From an uncultured Candidatus Saccharibacteria bacterium (GTDB taxonomy: Bacteria > Patescibacteriota > Minisyncoccia > Phycocordibacterales > Phycocordibacteraceae): a stretch of 64,000 nt of DNA. The stretch covers positions 14,080 through 78,079 of the forward strand of contig CAYHLC010000003.1 of the NCBI GenBank assembly GCA_964357395.1, given 5' to 3'. The notes beneath the pieces are model-generated. The model was not told where the DNA came from and searched no databases. It saw only the letters and a program-made list of their open reading frames with translations. Position numbers and translations under genes: made by a program. Positions 46,140 to 54,336 of the stretch are shown here, one piece after another. Positions within the stretch are counted from its first letter, which is position 1; the number at the start of each line of letters is the position of its first letter.

Positions 46140-46899
46140 TCTCCTCCCACAGGTTCTTAAACAATTTGCGCATGTTGTCGGCATACACAGCGTCGTGAAG
46201 TTCAATGAGGTAGTGGGGCTTCTGCTTCGACATGATCATAATCGAGTAGTCGCCCACGATCCATTGTGTTTCGGTAAAGTCGAATCCCTTTTTCCAAAAC
46301 TTAATACTCCGGTTCGCGTACTGGTCTGCGGTCATCTTGGTCTCTATCTCCGAGTCGTTGGACAGCAGGTACAGCTTCGTTTCTGGATAGGACTTCCAAT
46401 ACCACTGTATCCATTTGCCAAACACTGCATGCTCAATGAGCGAGTGGTCCTGAAACCCATACCAGTCGGGATTGCCCCCCTTCTCTGACTCGCGCCATAC
46501 ATGCACACGCTCGTAGAGGAACTCCTCTACTTTGGCCTCATGCTCGACAAAGCGGATCTTAGGAATAGCATACGTCTTCGATTGCGGCAGTGACTCCAAG
46601 CCCTTAGCTATCTCCTGCAAGGCCAGCTCTTTGTTGATAAGTGCTTGCCGCTCCTTCCGTGCGACCTTAACTAACTCCTTGGGTGGGGTAGGGTAGTAGT
46701 AAGTCACGCCCTTAAGGGTGTCCTCTTGCACAAAGCCCTTGCTGAGGAGCTCTTTGCATACCGCGTATACGGTAGTCCTGTTCATGCCCGTTTCCGCACT
46801 AAGGCGGACGGGCGTTACCTTGCCGGCACTAATGACAGCGCTGTAGATGGTGCGTTGGTTGTCGCTGAGGCCAAGGACCAAGAGCTCATCGTCAAACAT
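46132..46899 (-). CDS. TrmB-family transcriptional regulator (paralogue 6)
   Basis: LGLSDNQRTIYSAVISAGKVTPVRLSAETGMNRTTVYAVCKELLSKGFV. Confidence 0.65.
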   Translation of the reverse strand: MFDDELLVLGLSDNQRTIYSAVISAGKVTPVRLSAETGMNRTTVYAVCKELLSKGFVQEDTLKGVTYYYPTPPKELVKVARKERQALINKELALQEIAKGLESLPQSKTYAIPKIRFVEHEAKVEEFLYERVHVWRESEKGGNPDWYGFQDHSLIEHAVFGKWIQWYWKSYPETKLYLLSNDSEIETKMTADQYANRSIKFWKKGFDFTETQWIVGDYSIMIMSKQKPHYLIELHDAVYADNMRKLFKNLWEEIK

Positions 46900-47084
46900 G
46901 CACCAAGTCTATCCGAGTTCACCCTATGTTGTCAAGCACAACACAACACAATAATACGTTGATGCATATGACTATTTTTGCAGAATTTGGCTTAAATTCG
47001 TGTCCAATATGACAATCATAACTAAAAATGTCAAACTATACTCATCACGGAAGCATGCACCGTGATTAGCAACTAAAAATAACT

Positions 47085-47195
47085 ATGGAAAAGAAAAAGA
47101 ATAGACCAGATATAAGCAACCTCTTCTACTTACTCCCGTTTGCTCCCATCGCACTAGTAAACCTAGTAGTGACTGGGAATCCATTCGGCAACTAA
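47085..47195 (+). CDS. possible 36-aa hydrophobic peptide (MEKKKNRPDISNLFYLLPFAPIALVNLVVTGNPFGN)
   Basis: Short ORF in an AT-rich island. No SD. Confidence 0.2.
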   Translation: MEKKKNRPDISNLFYLLPFAPIALVNLVVTGNPFGN

Positions 47196-47206
47196 TCAAA
47201 AAATAT

Positions 47207-47392
47207 ATGAGCGAAAAATTTGAAGTCGGTGGAGACCTCTACGATAATCCAATTGAAGATCAGATGGATGCGGATGAGATGAGGGAGCAGTATCGATATC
47301 CAGACAGAAATCCGAAGGCTTGGAAGCAACTTGCCGCAGCCCTCGTTGTTTGCTCCGTCGTTACCTCAATTACTTGGTCAATGACGCCATAG
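47207..47392 (+). CDS. small acidic protein with C-terminal TM (61 aa)
   Basis: ORF track. Followed by a terminator. Confidence 0.3.
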   Translation: MSEKFEVGGDLYDNPIEDQMDADEMREQYRYPDRNPKAWKQLAAALVVCSVVTSITWSMTP

Positions 47393-47399
47393 CAATTCT

Positions 47400-47445
47400 G
47401 CAATAAGTAAACAAAAACCACCCATTTAGGGCGGTTTTTGTTTAG
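47400..47445. terminator. bidirectional terminator between small ORF and trigger factor gene
   Basis: caaaaaCCACCCatttaGGGCGGtttttgtttag. Confidence 0.55.
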
Positions 47446-48563
47446 TGAGTGTGGTTGGGGTCGGAGTGGTCTCCCTCGACTTCGCTCGGGACAGGGTGCC
47501 CTTCGTGCGAATGTGCGGGCTTCTCCTCCGCAGCAGCTACTGCTGGCTTGGGGGCGGCGAGGCCGAAGAGCGACCAGATTTTCTCGCGTATGCTCACTTC
47601 GGCAGCATACTGGTGCGCACGATCGTCCGGTACTCCTTGGTGCATGAGCGCGTGCGCGACGCGGTGTGTCTCATCATTGTCCGGTGTCAGCTTTTCCTCT
47701 CCTGCGATCTTAGCAAACACAAGGTCCAAGGCCACACGCTTCTCTGCCTGAGGGCGGAGCTCGGCTAAGACCTCCTCCTCTGACATACCGCGTTTCGCTA
47801 GGTACTCGTTAAACGGCATTCCTTGCCCTGCAATATTCTTCTTGGTGCTCTCGAGCATTGCACGCGTTTCGTCCTCGAGCATAACAAGGGGGAAGTCGAT
47901 GGTTGCCTCCTTGACCAGTGCGTCTGCAACCGCGCCGCGCTTCCGCTGCCCGTCATAGTTCTCAACTGCGCGGTCCGACTCCATATCTAGGAAGTGCTCC
48001 AGGGCCTTCACATTTTCAAACCCAAGCTTCTTGGCGTCCTCCTCCGCCAAGGCTACGGAGGACACGTCACCATCCTTCTCTGGGACTTTGCCCACCATTG
48101 TAAGCACTTGCATCATCAATGACTTGCGTGCCTCACCCTTCTCCTTCGGCTCGTCGAGTTTCTCTAACTTTTTCAGTGCTGCCTCGCCGATCTTTTTGTA
48201 GTCCTTAATCTCCGCCTTCGGTGGGGTTGTGATATGCACTGTAAAGGGGACATCGGTCTGTTCGGCGGAAACCTCCAGTGATATAGACGGCGGCAAGATT
48301 GGTATGAGGCTGTGCTCCTTCAGTACATCACCGAGCCCATCGCGGAGTGCGTCCTCGGCCGCCTCGCGCCAGATCGACTTGGGGCCGAGCTCCTGCAACA
48401 CGCGCTCCACAGGCGCCTTACCCTTCCGAAAGCCGGGGAGCTCGACCTCGCGGACGACTCTGTCCAAGGCCTTTTTGAAGTGTGCGTCTATCTCAGCGAC
48501 CGCGAGTGTCCCAGTGATAACCGCTTCCGCGTGCGGCTTCTTGTCTACTTTTGATTGCATCAA
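47442..48563 (-). CDS. tig: trigger factor (short form) with His-rich C-terminal tail
   Basis: The N-terminal ribosome-binding signature ELPGFRKGKAP is present. The helical C-terminal arm domain is present. The tail is HSHEGHPVPSEVEGDHSDPNHTH. 373 aa. Confidence 0.8.
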   Translation of the reverse strand: MMQSKVDKKPHAEAVITGTLAVAEIDAHFKKALDRVVREVELPGFRKGKAPVERVLQELGPKSIWREAAEDALRDGLGDVLKEHSLIPILPPSISLEVSAEQTDVPFTVHITTPPKAEIKDYKKIGEAALKKLEKLDEPKEKGEARKSLMMQVLTMVGKVPEKDGDVSSVALAEEDAKKLGFENVKALEHFLDMESDRAVENYDGQRKRGAVADALVKEATIDFPLVMLEDETRAMLESTKKNIAGQGMPFNEYLAKRGMSEEEVLAELRPQAEKRVALDLVFAKIAGEEKLTPDNDETHRVAHALMHQGVPDDRAHQYAAEVSIREKIWSLFGLAAPKPAVAAAEEKPAHSHEGHPVPSEVEGDHSDPNHTH

Positions 48564-48569
48564 CCGATA

Positions 48570-48884
48570 TTACTCGGTTTCGACGCTTGCGTCCACTTCG
48601 GCGACGGCTTGGTCGACTGCGGTGAAGTCTGTTGCCTCGAGATCGGCCATGATAGCTGCAGCAGCATCATCAGAGCCCTGGTTCATCAGTGCTTCAATAG
48701 AGCGCTGGTCACCCTCGGCAGTATCATTGGTGCGTACGTCCTCGATGCTTTGTGTGAGGTAGTAGATACCGCCCAAGGCGAGGATGATGATAATGACGAT
48801 GATAGCAATGACTGGGCCGGTGCCGCCACCACCACCGCTACTCTTTGGCATCTGCGGCTCGTTGTTCATTTCAATCGGTTCCAT
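48570..48884 (-). CDS. small single-pass membrane protein (104 aa)
   Basis: Gly-run then TM VIAIIVIIIILALGGIYYL. Acidic C-terminus. Confidence 0.4.
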   Translation of the reverse strand: MEPIEMNNEPQMPKSSGGGGGTGPVIAIIVIIIILALGGIYYLTQSIEDVRTNDTAEGDQRSIEALMNQGSDDAAAAIMADLEATDFTAVDQAVAEVDASVETE

Positions 48885-48886
48885 AG

Positions 48887-49633
48887 TTACTTAGTGAGTG
48901 TTCGTAATGCTTCGCGGATCAGGTCCATTGCAGATTTGAGGTGCTCGTTATTAATGGTATGTATCGCGTCCTTTGCAGCTGCGAATGTCTCCTTGGTCGA
49001 CTCGCCCTGTACTGCATCGATACCCGCCTTCAGCTCATCAAGAAGGGCACGTGCGGCCTCCAGCTCCGCTTTTGCCTCAGCAATCAGCGCCTCGGCAGCC
49101 GAGGTGTCCTTATCTCCCATCTTGCTGAGTCTTGCCTCGACGCGGTCGATGAGTCTCTCTGCACGAGTGATACCAGCTTCGAGGAACACCAGTGAGCGCT
49201 TGATGGACGATCGTGCACGTTCGATTGTTGGATTCTTTCGCATTGCTCCGCCTAGATCCCTTGCCGTTGTGGTCGACCCGTCTCTGAGGAGGAAGATAGG
49301 TGTTCGCGGCTTGGTCGACGACGAGGTGTCGTTATGCAGCGGAACTACCTTACGCACAGGTGGCGTGGTGCTCGCGCCCTCCTTCGGAACTAGCGGCCCG
49401 TCCTCGCAGGTGCCTCGATGCTTAATTACTGCTCCCGCCGCTCGTGCCTCGCAGTCGCTGCTATACGTCTTGTCGCTCTCACTACACACTGGTGCGTAGT
49501 TAGCGGGACAGACGGTTACAAAATCTGGTCGTAGTATCGGCTTGATCATTCCTGGTGTCGCCGAGTCTACGGTTACCGCGTGCACCGTTCCTGCAGCAGC
49601 GAGGAGTATGAGTAGGATGAGGGCCTTGTACAT
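48887..49633 (-). CDS. secreted protein with Kazal-type inhibitor-like domain
   Basis: Signal peptide. CPANYAPVCSESDKTYSSDCEARAAGAVIKHRGTC matches the Kazal core (PVCG.DG.TY.N.C). A long helical C-terminal region follows. Confidence 0.55.
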   Translation of the reverse strand: MYKALILLILLAAAGTVHAVTVDSATPGMIKPILRPDFVTVCPANYAPVCSESDKTYSSDCEARAAGAVIKHRGTCEDGPLVPKEGASTTPPVRKVVPLHNDTSSSTKPRTPIFLLRDGSTTTARDLGGAMRKNPTIERARSSIKRSLVFLEAGITRAERLIDRVEARLSKMGDKDTSAAEALIAEAKAELEAARALLDELKAGIDAVQGESTKETFAAAKDAIHTINNEHLKSAMDLIREALRTLTK

Positions 49634-49687
49634 ATGAAAAGAGTCAGTTAGTTATAACTGACTCTAGTATATCGTGCCCAGGAGGCA

Positions 49688-50224
49688 CTATTTCTTGTCC
49701 TCCTGATAGCGAGCGATACAGTCCTTGATAACAGCGATAGCGTCCTCGGGGCCACCATAGCCGAGGACCTTGGTGGTACCTCGCTTTTTGAGGTCCTTGT
49801 AGGTGTTGAAGTGGTACTCTACCTTGTTCTTCCACTGCTCGCCGAGGTCGTCTAAGCTCTGAATACGGTTGCCACTGTCCCTATCGTCCGCGGGGACGCA
49901 GATGATCTTGTGGTCCTTTTCGCCATCATCCTCGAAGTTTAGGACGCCAATAACCTTGGCGCTGAGGACTACACCAGTTGGGATTGGCTCGGAGGTGATG
50001 ACCAGTGTGTCCAGCTCGTCACCATCCTCGTCCAGAGTCCCGGGGATGAAGCCGTAGTTAGACGGCTTCTGGAAGATCTCCGGCTCCACGCGGTCGAGCT
50101 CAAAGGTGCACTTTGTGCGGTTGTACTCGATCTTCAGTATCGAACCCTTGGGGATCTCGATCACCGTCGTCACTAGCAGCTCATCCAGATTGCCGGGCGT
50201 GTAGAGTGCGTTGTAGTCAGTCAT
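49688..50224 (-). CDS. ppa: inorganic pyrophosphatase (family I)
   Basis: EIPKGS..K.E..., NYGFIPGTLDEDGDELDTLV and related motifs are present. 178 aa. Confidence 0.9.
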   Translation of the reverse strand: MTDYNALYTPGNLDELLVTTVIEIPKGSILKIEYNRTKCTFELDRVEPEIFQKPSNYGFIPGTLDEDGDELDTLVITSEPIPTGVVLSAKVIGVLNFEDDGEKDHKIICVPADDRDSGNRIQSLDDLGEQWKNKVEYHFNTYKDLKKRGTTKVLGYGGPEDAIAVIKDCIARYQEDKK

Positions 50225-50226
50225 AG

Positions 50227-51402
50227 TTATTCTGCCTTAGGCTCCTCTACTGTACCAGATTCTGGTGCAGCTTCGGCAACTGTCTCGCCTTCAGGTGCAC
50301 CTGCAGCGTGGATATCGATAGCCCAGCCGGTCAGCTTTGCTGCAAGTCGGACATTCTGTCCGCCGCGGCCGATAGCGAGCGACTGTTGGTCGGTGGTTAC
50401 CTCTACCTGAGCGCGCTTGTCAGCCTCGTTCAGTGTGACAGAGATGACTGATGCGGGCGCGAGAGCGTCCTCGATGAGCTGTGCCGCGTTGTCGGTGTAC
50501 TCCATGATGTCGATACGCTCACCGCCGAGCTCGGACATAACCGTGTTAACACGGACGCCGCGCTGGCCAACCAGGGTTCCGACTGGGTCGATACGGGGGT
50601 CGGTCGATGTGACTGCGAGCTTGGTGCGGCCGCCTGCCTCACGGGCGAGCGTCTTGATAACCACAACACCGGAGGCGAGCTCCGGTACCTCGCGAGCGAA
50701 CAACTTTTCCAAAAACTTAGGGTGCGCGCGCGACAAGCGGAGGTACACGCCACGGGTACCCTCCTCTACGGAAAAGAGGTACGCCGAGATGCGCTCGCCT
50801 GGTCGGTAACGCTCGCCGGGGATCTGCTCGTGGTACGGCATGATGCCGGTCGTGCGACCAAGATCTATGTAGAGGTTGCCGCGCTCGGTGCGCTGCACAA
50901 CGCCGTTGACGATATCGCCCTCCTTGCCACCAAACTCTTGCACGACGGCTGCACGCTCGGCCTCACGGATCTTGTTGATGATCACTTGCTTAGCAGTTTG
51001 TGCGGCAATGCGGCCGAAGTCGGTACGCTTTTCGAGTGGAAAGACTATTTCGTCACCGAGTGTGGCACCGCGCTTGATACGCGCAGCGTCCTCAACAAGG
51101 ATGTGCTCTTCGTCGCTGTAGAGTGGATATGGCTTTTCGGTCGCTGGATCGGTGCGCTCCTCGTCGTTCTCGCTCATCCGGACTGTCGTAGGGTCTACCA
51201 CCGTCTTGACTTGGTAAAAGTCGACATCACCAGTCTCTGCGTTGAAGTGGGCCTTGATGACCTGCTCCTTCTTGCCGAACTCGCGCTTGTACGCGCTGCC
51301 TAAGGCGAGCTCGAGAGCCTCGAGCATGCGCTCGCGCGGAATACCGCGCTCGTCGGCGAGCTGCTGTATAACCAAGTTCATTGTTTTCAAATCGAATTCC
51401 AT
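50227..51402 (-). CDS. nusA: transcription termination/antitermination factor NusA
   Basis: N-terminal domain, S1 and two KH domains (VGTLVGQRGVRVNTVMSELGGERIDI; AIGRGGQNVRLAAKLTGWAIDI). 391 aa. Confidence 0.95.
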   Translation of the reverse strand: MEFDLKTMNLVIQQLADERGIPRERMLEALELALGSAYKREFGKKEQVIKAHFNAETGDVDFYQVKTVVDPTTVRMSENDEERTDPATEKPYPLYSDEEHILVEDAARIKRGATLGDEIVFPLEKRTDFGRIAAQTAKQVIINKIREAERAAVVQEFGGKEGDIVNGVVQRTERGNLYIDLGRTTGIMPYHEQIPGERYRPGERISAYLFSVEEGTRGVYLRLSRAHPKFLEKLFAREVPELASGVVVIKTLAREAGGRTKLAVTSTDPRIDPVGTLVGQRGVRVNTVMSELGGERIDIMEYTDNAAQLIEDALAPASVISVTLNEADKRAQVEVTTDQQSLAIGRGGQNVRLAAKLTGWAIDIHAAGAPEGETVAEAAPESGTVEEPKAE

Positions 51403-51585
51403 AGTAGTAGGTAGTTAATAGTTGATAGTGGGTAGTCAGTGGCCTTATAAAAAAGAGCCCGCGATGCGCGGACCCGTAGGAGGAAACTGACCTTGCAAGT
51501 GTATCGCGTATGGCACCAGTTGTCAATCCACAGTTTATAGGGGTGCTACAGTAGGGGGACATTACTAAAGTTCATTCGTACAACT

Positions 51586-51690
51586 ATGTCGGAAGAAACA
51601 GACGCACCTGCAGATGATGCAGCTGCAACACCACCTCCAATGCCTGAAGAGGAGGAGAAGGTGGAGCCAGAACCAGAAGAGGCCATGTAA
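51586..51690 (+). CDS. possible 34-aa highly acidic Pro-rich peptide (MSEETDAPADDAAATPPPMPEEEEKVEPEPEEAM)
   Basis: Short ORF followed immediately by a perfect terminator. No SD. Confidence 0.25.
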   Translation: MSEETDAPADDAAATPPPMPEEEEKVEPEPEEAM

Positions 51691-51692
51691 TC

Positions 51693-51721
51693 AAAAACCC
51701 GCCTTTCGGCGGGTTTTTGTA
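51693..51721 (+). terminator. rho-independent terminator
   Basis: aaaaaCCCGCCtttcGGCGGGtttttgtat. Confidence 0.75.
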
Positions 51722-51969
51722 TACTGGGCTAATCAAGTGGTAGTGGTAGCTGCTCCTCATCATCTGGCTCGAAACCCGGGAGCCACGGCTCCTCAACAGG
51801 ATCCGGTGCCCCTTCGGTAAGAGAGACAGAACTCCCTTCCGAGGAGAGGGATGAGATTTTTTCTAGGCCCATATAATTTGCTAGCTACTAATCTAGCCCA
51901 ATTGTCCCACCCAGAGCGCACAGCGCCAGAGCCGCACGGGGATAAGTTTTTTTCGTATACAATTACTGA

Positions 51970-53709
51970 ATGCAAGTAGTTGATGAGCAGCTGAAGAAGT
52001 TTGTGATCGACTCTGGCTTAGTCAGCCGGAAGGATGTAGATGCTGCAGAAAAGGAGGCCGAGGAGCACAAGATGTCGCTCTCAGACACACTCGTGTCACG
52101 CGGCTCGGTCGGCGAGGACGATATGCGCCGCATGCACGCCCACATGATGGGCATCCCGTTCGTGTCCCTCGCGGGGCTCAAGATCGACTTTAAGGTGCTC
52201 GCACTCATCCCGGAGCCTATTGCTCGCACGCACAATATTGTGGCGTACAAGAGGACTGACACGACGCTCGAGATCGCGATGCTCGACACCTCGGACCTTA
52301 CTGCTATCGACTTTATCAAGAAGAAGGTGGGCCTCAAGATCCAGCCACGCTTGACCGACGCTGCCTCGATGAAGGGTGCCCTCGTGCAGTACCAAAAGTC
52401 CCTCAAGGACGAGTTCGGTGATATCATCCGCACCGCCTCGCGCGCGCTCGGCATGGCAGCAGCAGAGACAGACGCCAAGGGTTTGGAGCGCATGGCCGAG
52501 GACGTGCCGGTGGTTAAGATCGTGGACACGCTCCTCCGCCACGCAATAACGCAAAACGCGTCCGATATTCATATTGAGCCGATGGAGGACAAGCTCTTGA
52601 TCCGCTACCGCATCGATGGACTGTTGCATGACGCGATGGAGCTGCCCCCTGCAACTACTCCTGCTATTACTGCACGCATCAAGGTCCTCAGCCGACTGAA
52701 ACTAGACGAAAAGCGCCTGCCGCAGGACGGGCGCTTCAAAATTGAGGCAGACAACGAGGCGGTATCGTTCCGCGTCTCCGTCTTGCCAACCTACTATGGC
52801 GAGAAGACCGTTATGCGCCTCCTCCGAGAGGGCGGCGGCGGGTACACACTGGAGTCACTCGGCTTTCATGGCGCGGGGCTCGAGCATATCTATGACGCGA
52901 CCAAGCAGTCGACGGGCATGATCCTCGTCACTGGCCCAACTGGATCGGGAAAGACGACCACGCTCTATACCATTCTGGATATCCTCAACCAGCCCGACGT
53001 CAACATCTCTACTATCGAAGACCCGATCGAATACCAGATGGCACGCGTCAACCAGACGCAGGTACGGCCCGACATCGGCTTCACCTTCGCAAACGGCCTC
53101 CGTGCTCTCGTGCGTCAGGACCCAGACATCATTATGGTGGGCGAGATCCGCGACACCGAGACGGCGGGCCTTGCGGTCAACGCGGCATTGACCGGCCACC
53201 TTGTGCTCTCAACCGTGCACACCAACTCCGCGTCCGCCACTATTCCGCGCCTTAACGACATGGGCGCCGAGTCGTTCCTCCTCGTCTCAACCCTTCGTGT
53301 CATCATCGGTCAGCGCCTCGTGAGGAAGCTCACGAGCGACCGCGAGCCGTACGAACTAACCAAAGACGAGCTCGTACTCTTGGAGAAGAAGGTGGACCTC
53401 GAGCGCATCCTGTCAGTCTTGAAGGAGGAAAAGCACCTGCCCGCAAAGGCGACGATCAAGGACATACCGTTTTTCAAACCGAAGGAGAACGGCGAGACTG
53501 CAGAGGGGTACAAGGCCCGTATCGGCATCCACGAAATCCTGCCCGTCTCGCACGAGATTCGGAACCTGATACTGAAGGGCGCGCCCGGCGACGACATCGA
53601 GGCGCAGGCCAAGCACGAGGGGATGCTGACCATGCTCGAGGACGGCATCTACAAGGCCGCGCTCGGTATCACCACTATCGAGGAAGTCCTCCGCGTCGTG
53701 TCGGAGTAA
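51970..53709 (+). CDS. pilB: type IV pilus assembly ATPase PilB (GspE family)
   Basis: N-terminal GSPII domain. Walker A GPTGSGKTT, Asp box, Walker B and His box are present. 579 aa. Confidence 0.9.
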   Translation: MQVVDEQLKKFVIDSGLVSRKDVDAAEKEAEEHKMSLSDTLVSRGSVGEDDMRRMHAHMMGIPFVSLAGLKIDFKVLALIPEPIARTHNIVAYKRTDTTLEIAMLDTSDLTAIDFIKKKVGLKIQPRLTDAASMKGALVQYQKSLKDEFGDIIRTASRALGMAAAETDAKGLERMAEDVPVVKIVDTLLRHAITQNASDIHIEPMEDKLLIRYRIDGLLHDAMELPPATTPAITARIKVLSRLKLDEKRLPQDGRFKIEADNEAVSFRVSVLPTYYGEKTVMRLLREGGGGYTLESLGFHGAGLEHIYDATKQSTGMILVTGPTGSGKTTTLYTILDILNQPDVNISTIEDPIEYQMARVNQTQVRPDIGFTFANGLRALVRQDPDIIMVGEIRDTETAGLAVNAALTGHLVLSTVHTNSASATIPRLNDMGAESFLLVSTLRVIIGQRLVRKLTSDREPYELTKDELVLLEKKVDLERILSVLKEEKHLPAKATIKDIPFFKPKENGETAEGYKARIGIHEILPVSHEIRNLILKGAPGDDIEAQAKHEGMLTMLEDGIYKAALGITTIEEVLRVVSE

Positions 53710-53934
53710 TTAGGCGTCGTTGCCAAACCAGCTAGAGAGCGGGCGCCTCTTTTTTGGTGTGATAAGCGAGTATGCCTCTCGGGACACGCTGCCAACAAAA
53801 ATCGCACCTTTCCTTGTCAGCCACCATACGAGCAAGATGCCAGGCGCTGCAAGGAGTGCAATAAGTCCGCCAGTTGCTAATACCTGCCCAACTACGTCAC
53901 TCTCAGTTGCCGACTGCAAAACTTCGTGTGCCAT
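53710..53934 (-). CDS. small membrane protein (74 aa)
   Basis: ORF track. TM LIALLAAPGILLVWWL. Confidence 0.3.
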   Translation of the reverse strand: MAHEVLQSATESDVVGQVLATGGLIALLAAPGILLVWWLTRKGAIFVGSVSREAYSLITPKKRRPLSSWFGNDA

Positions 53935-54003
53935 GGAGTGTTGTTAGGACTAATAGTCCCACTATACATAACCAGCGACCAGTGCACGGGGTACGATGTG
54001 TAT

Positions 54004-54306
54004 ATGACCAAGAACCCGATACTTAATGCGCTCGCGGCTCTCCTCTATATAGGAGTGTTGGTGGGGGCCCTGTCTACTTTCGTCGACTCGGAGCTCGAGA
54101 CAGCCGCGCCGCTCCTCATCCCCGCTGTAATGCTGTCCCTCTTTACACTCTCCGCGGCAGTCATGGGTATGATCTTCTTTTACCAGCCGTTCCGCATGTA
54201 CTTTGATGGGGAAAAGAGCCAGGCGTTCACCCTCGTCATTCAAACGATAGGATCGTTCGCCGTCGTCGCTGCAATCCTCGTCGCCATCGCCGCCTACCTC
54301 GCGTAA
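54004..54306 (+). CDS. small 3-TM membrane protein (about 100 aa)
   Basis: Internal Met (MTKNPILNALAALLYIGVLVGAL) of track ORF 53926-54306. Confidence 0.35.
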   Translation: MTKNPILNALAALLYIGVLVGALSTFVDSELETAAPLLIPAVMLSLFTLSAAVMGMIFFYQPFRMYFDGEKSQAFTLVIQTIGSFAVVAAILVAIAAYLA

Positions 54307-54336
54307 GAGCCACTTTTTGCACGGTATACTTTTGGT

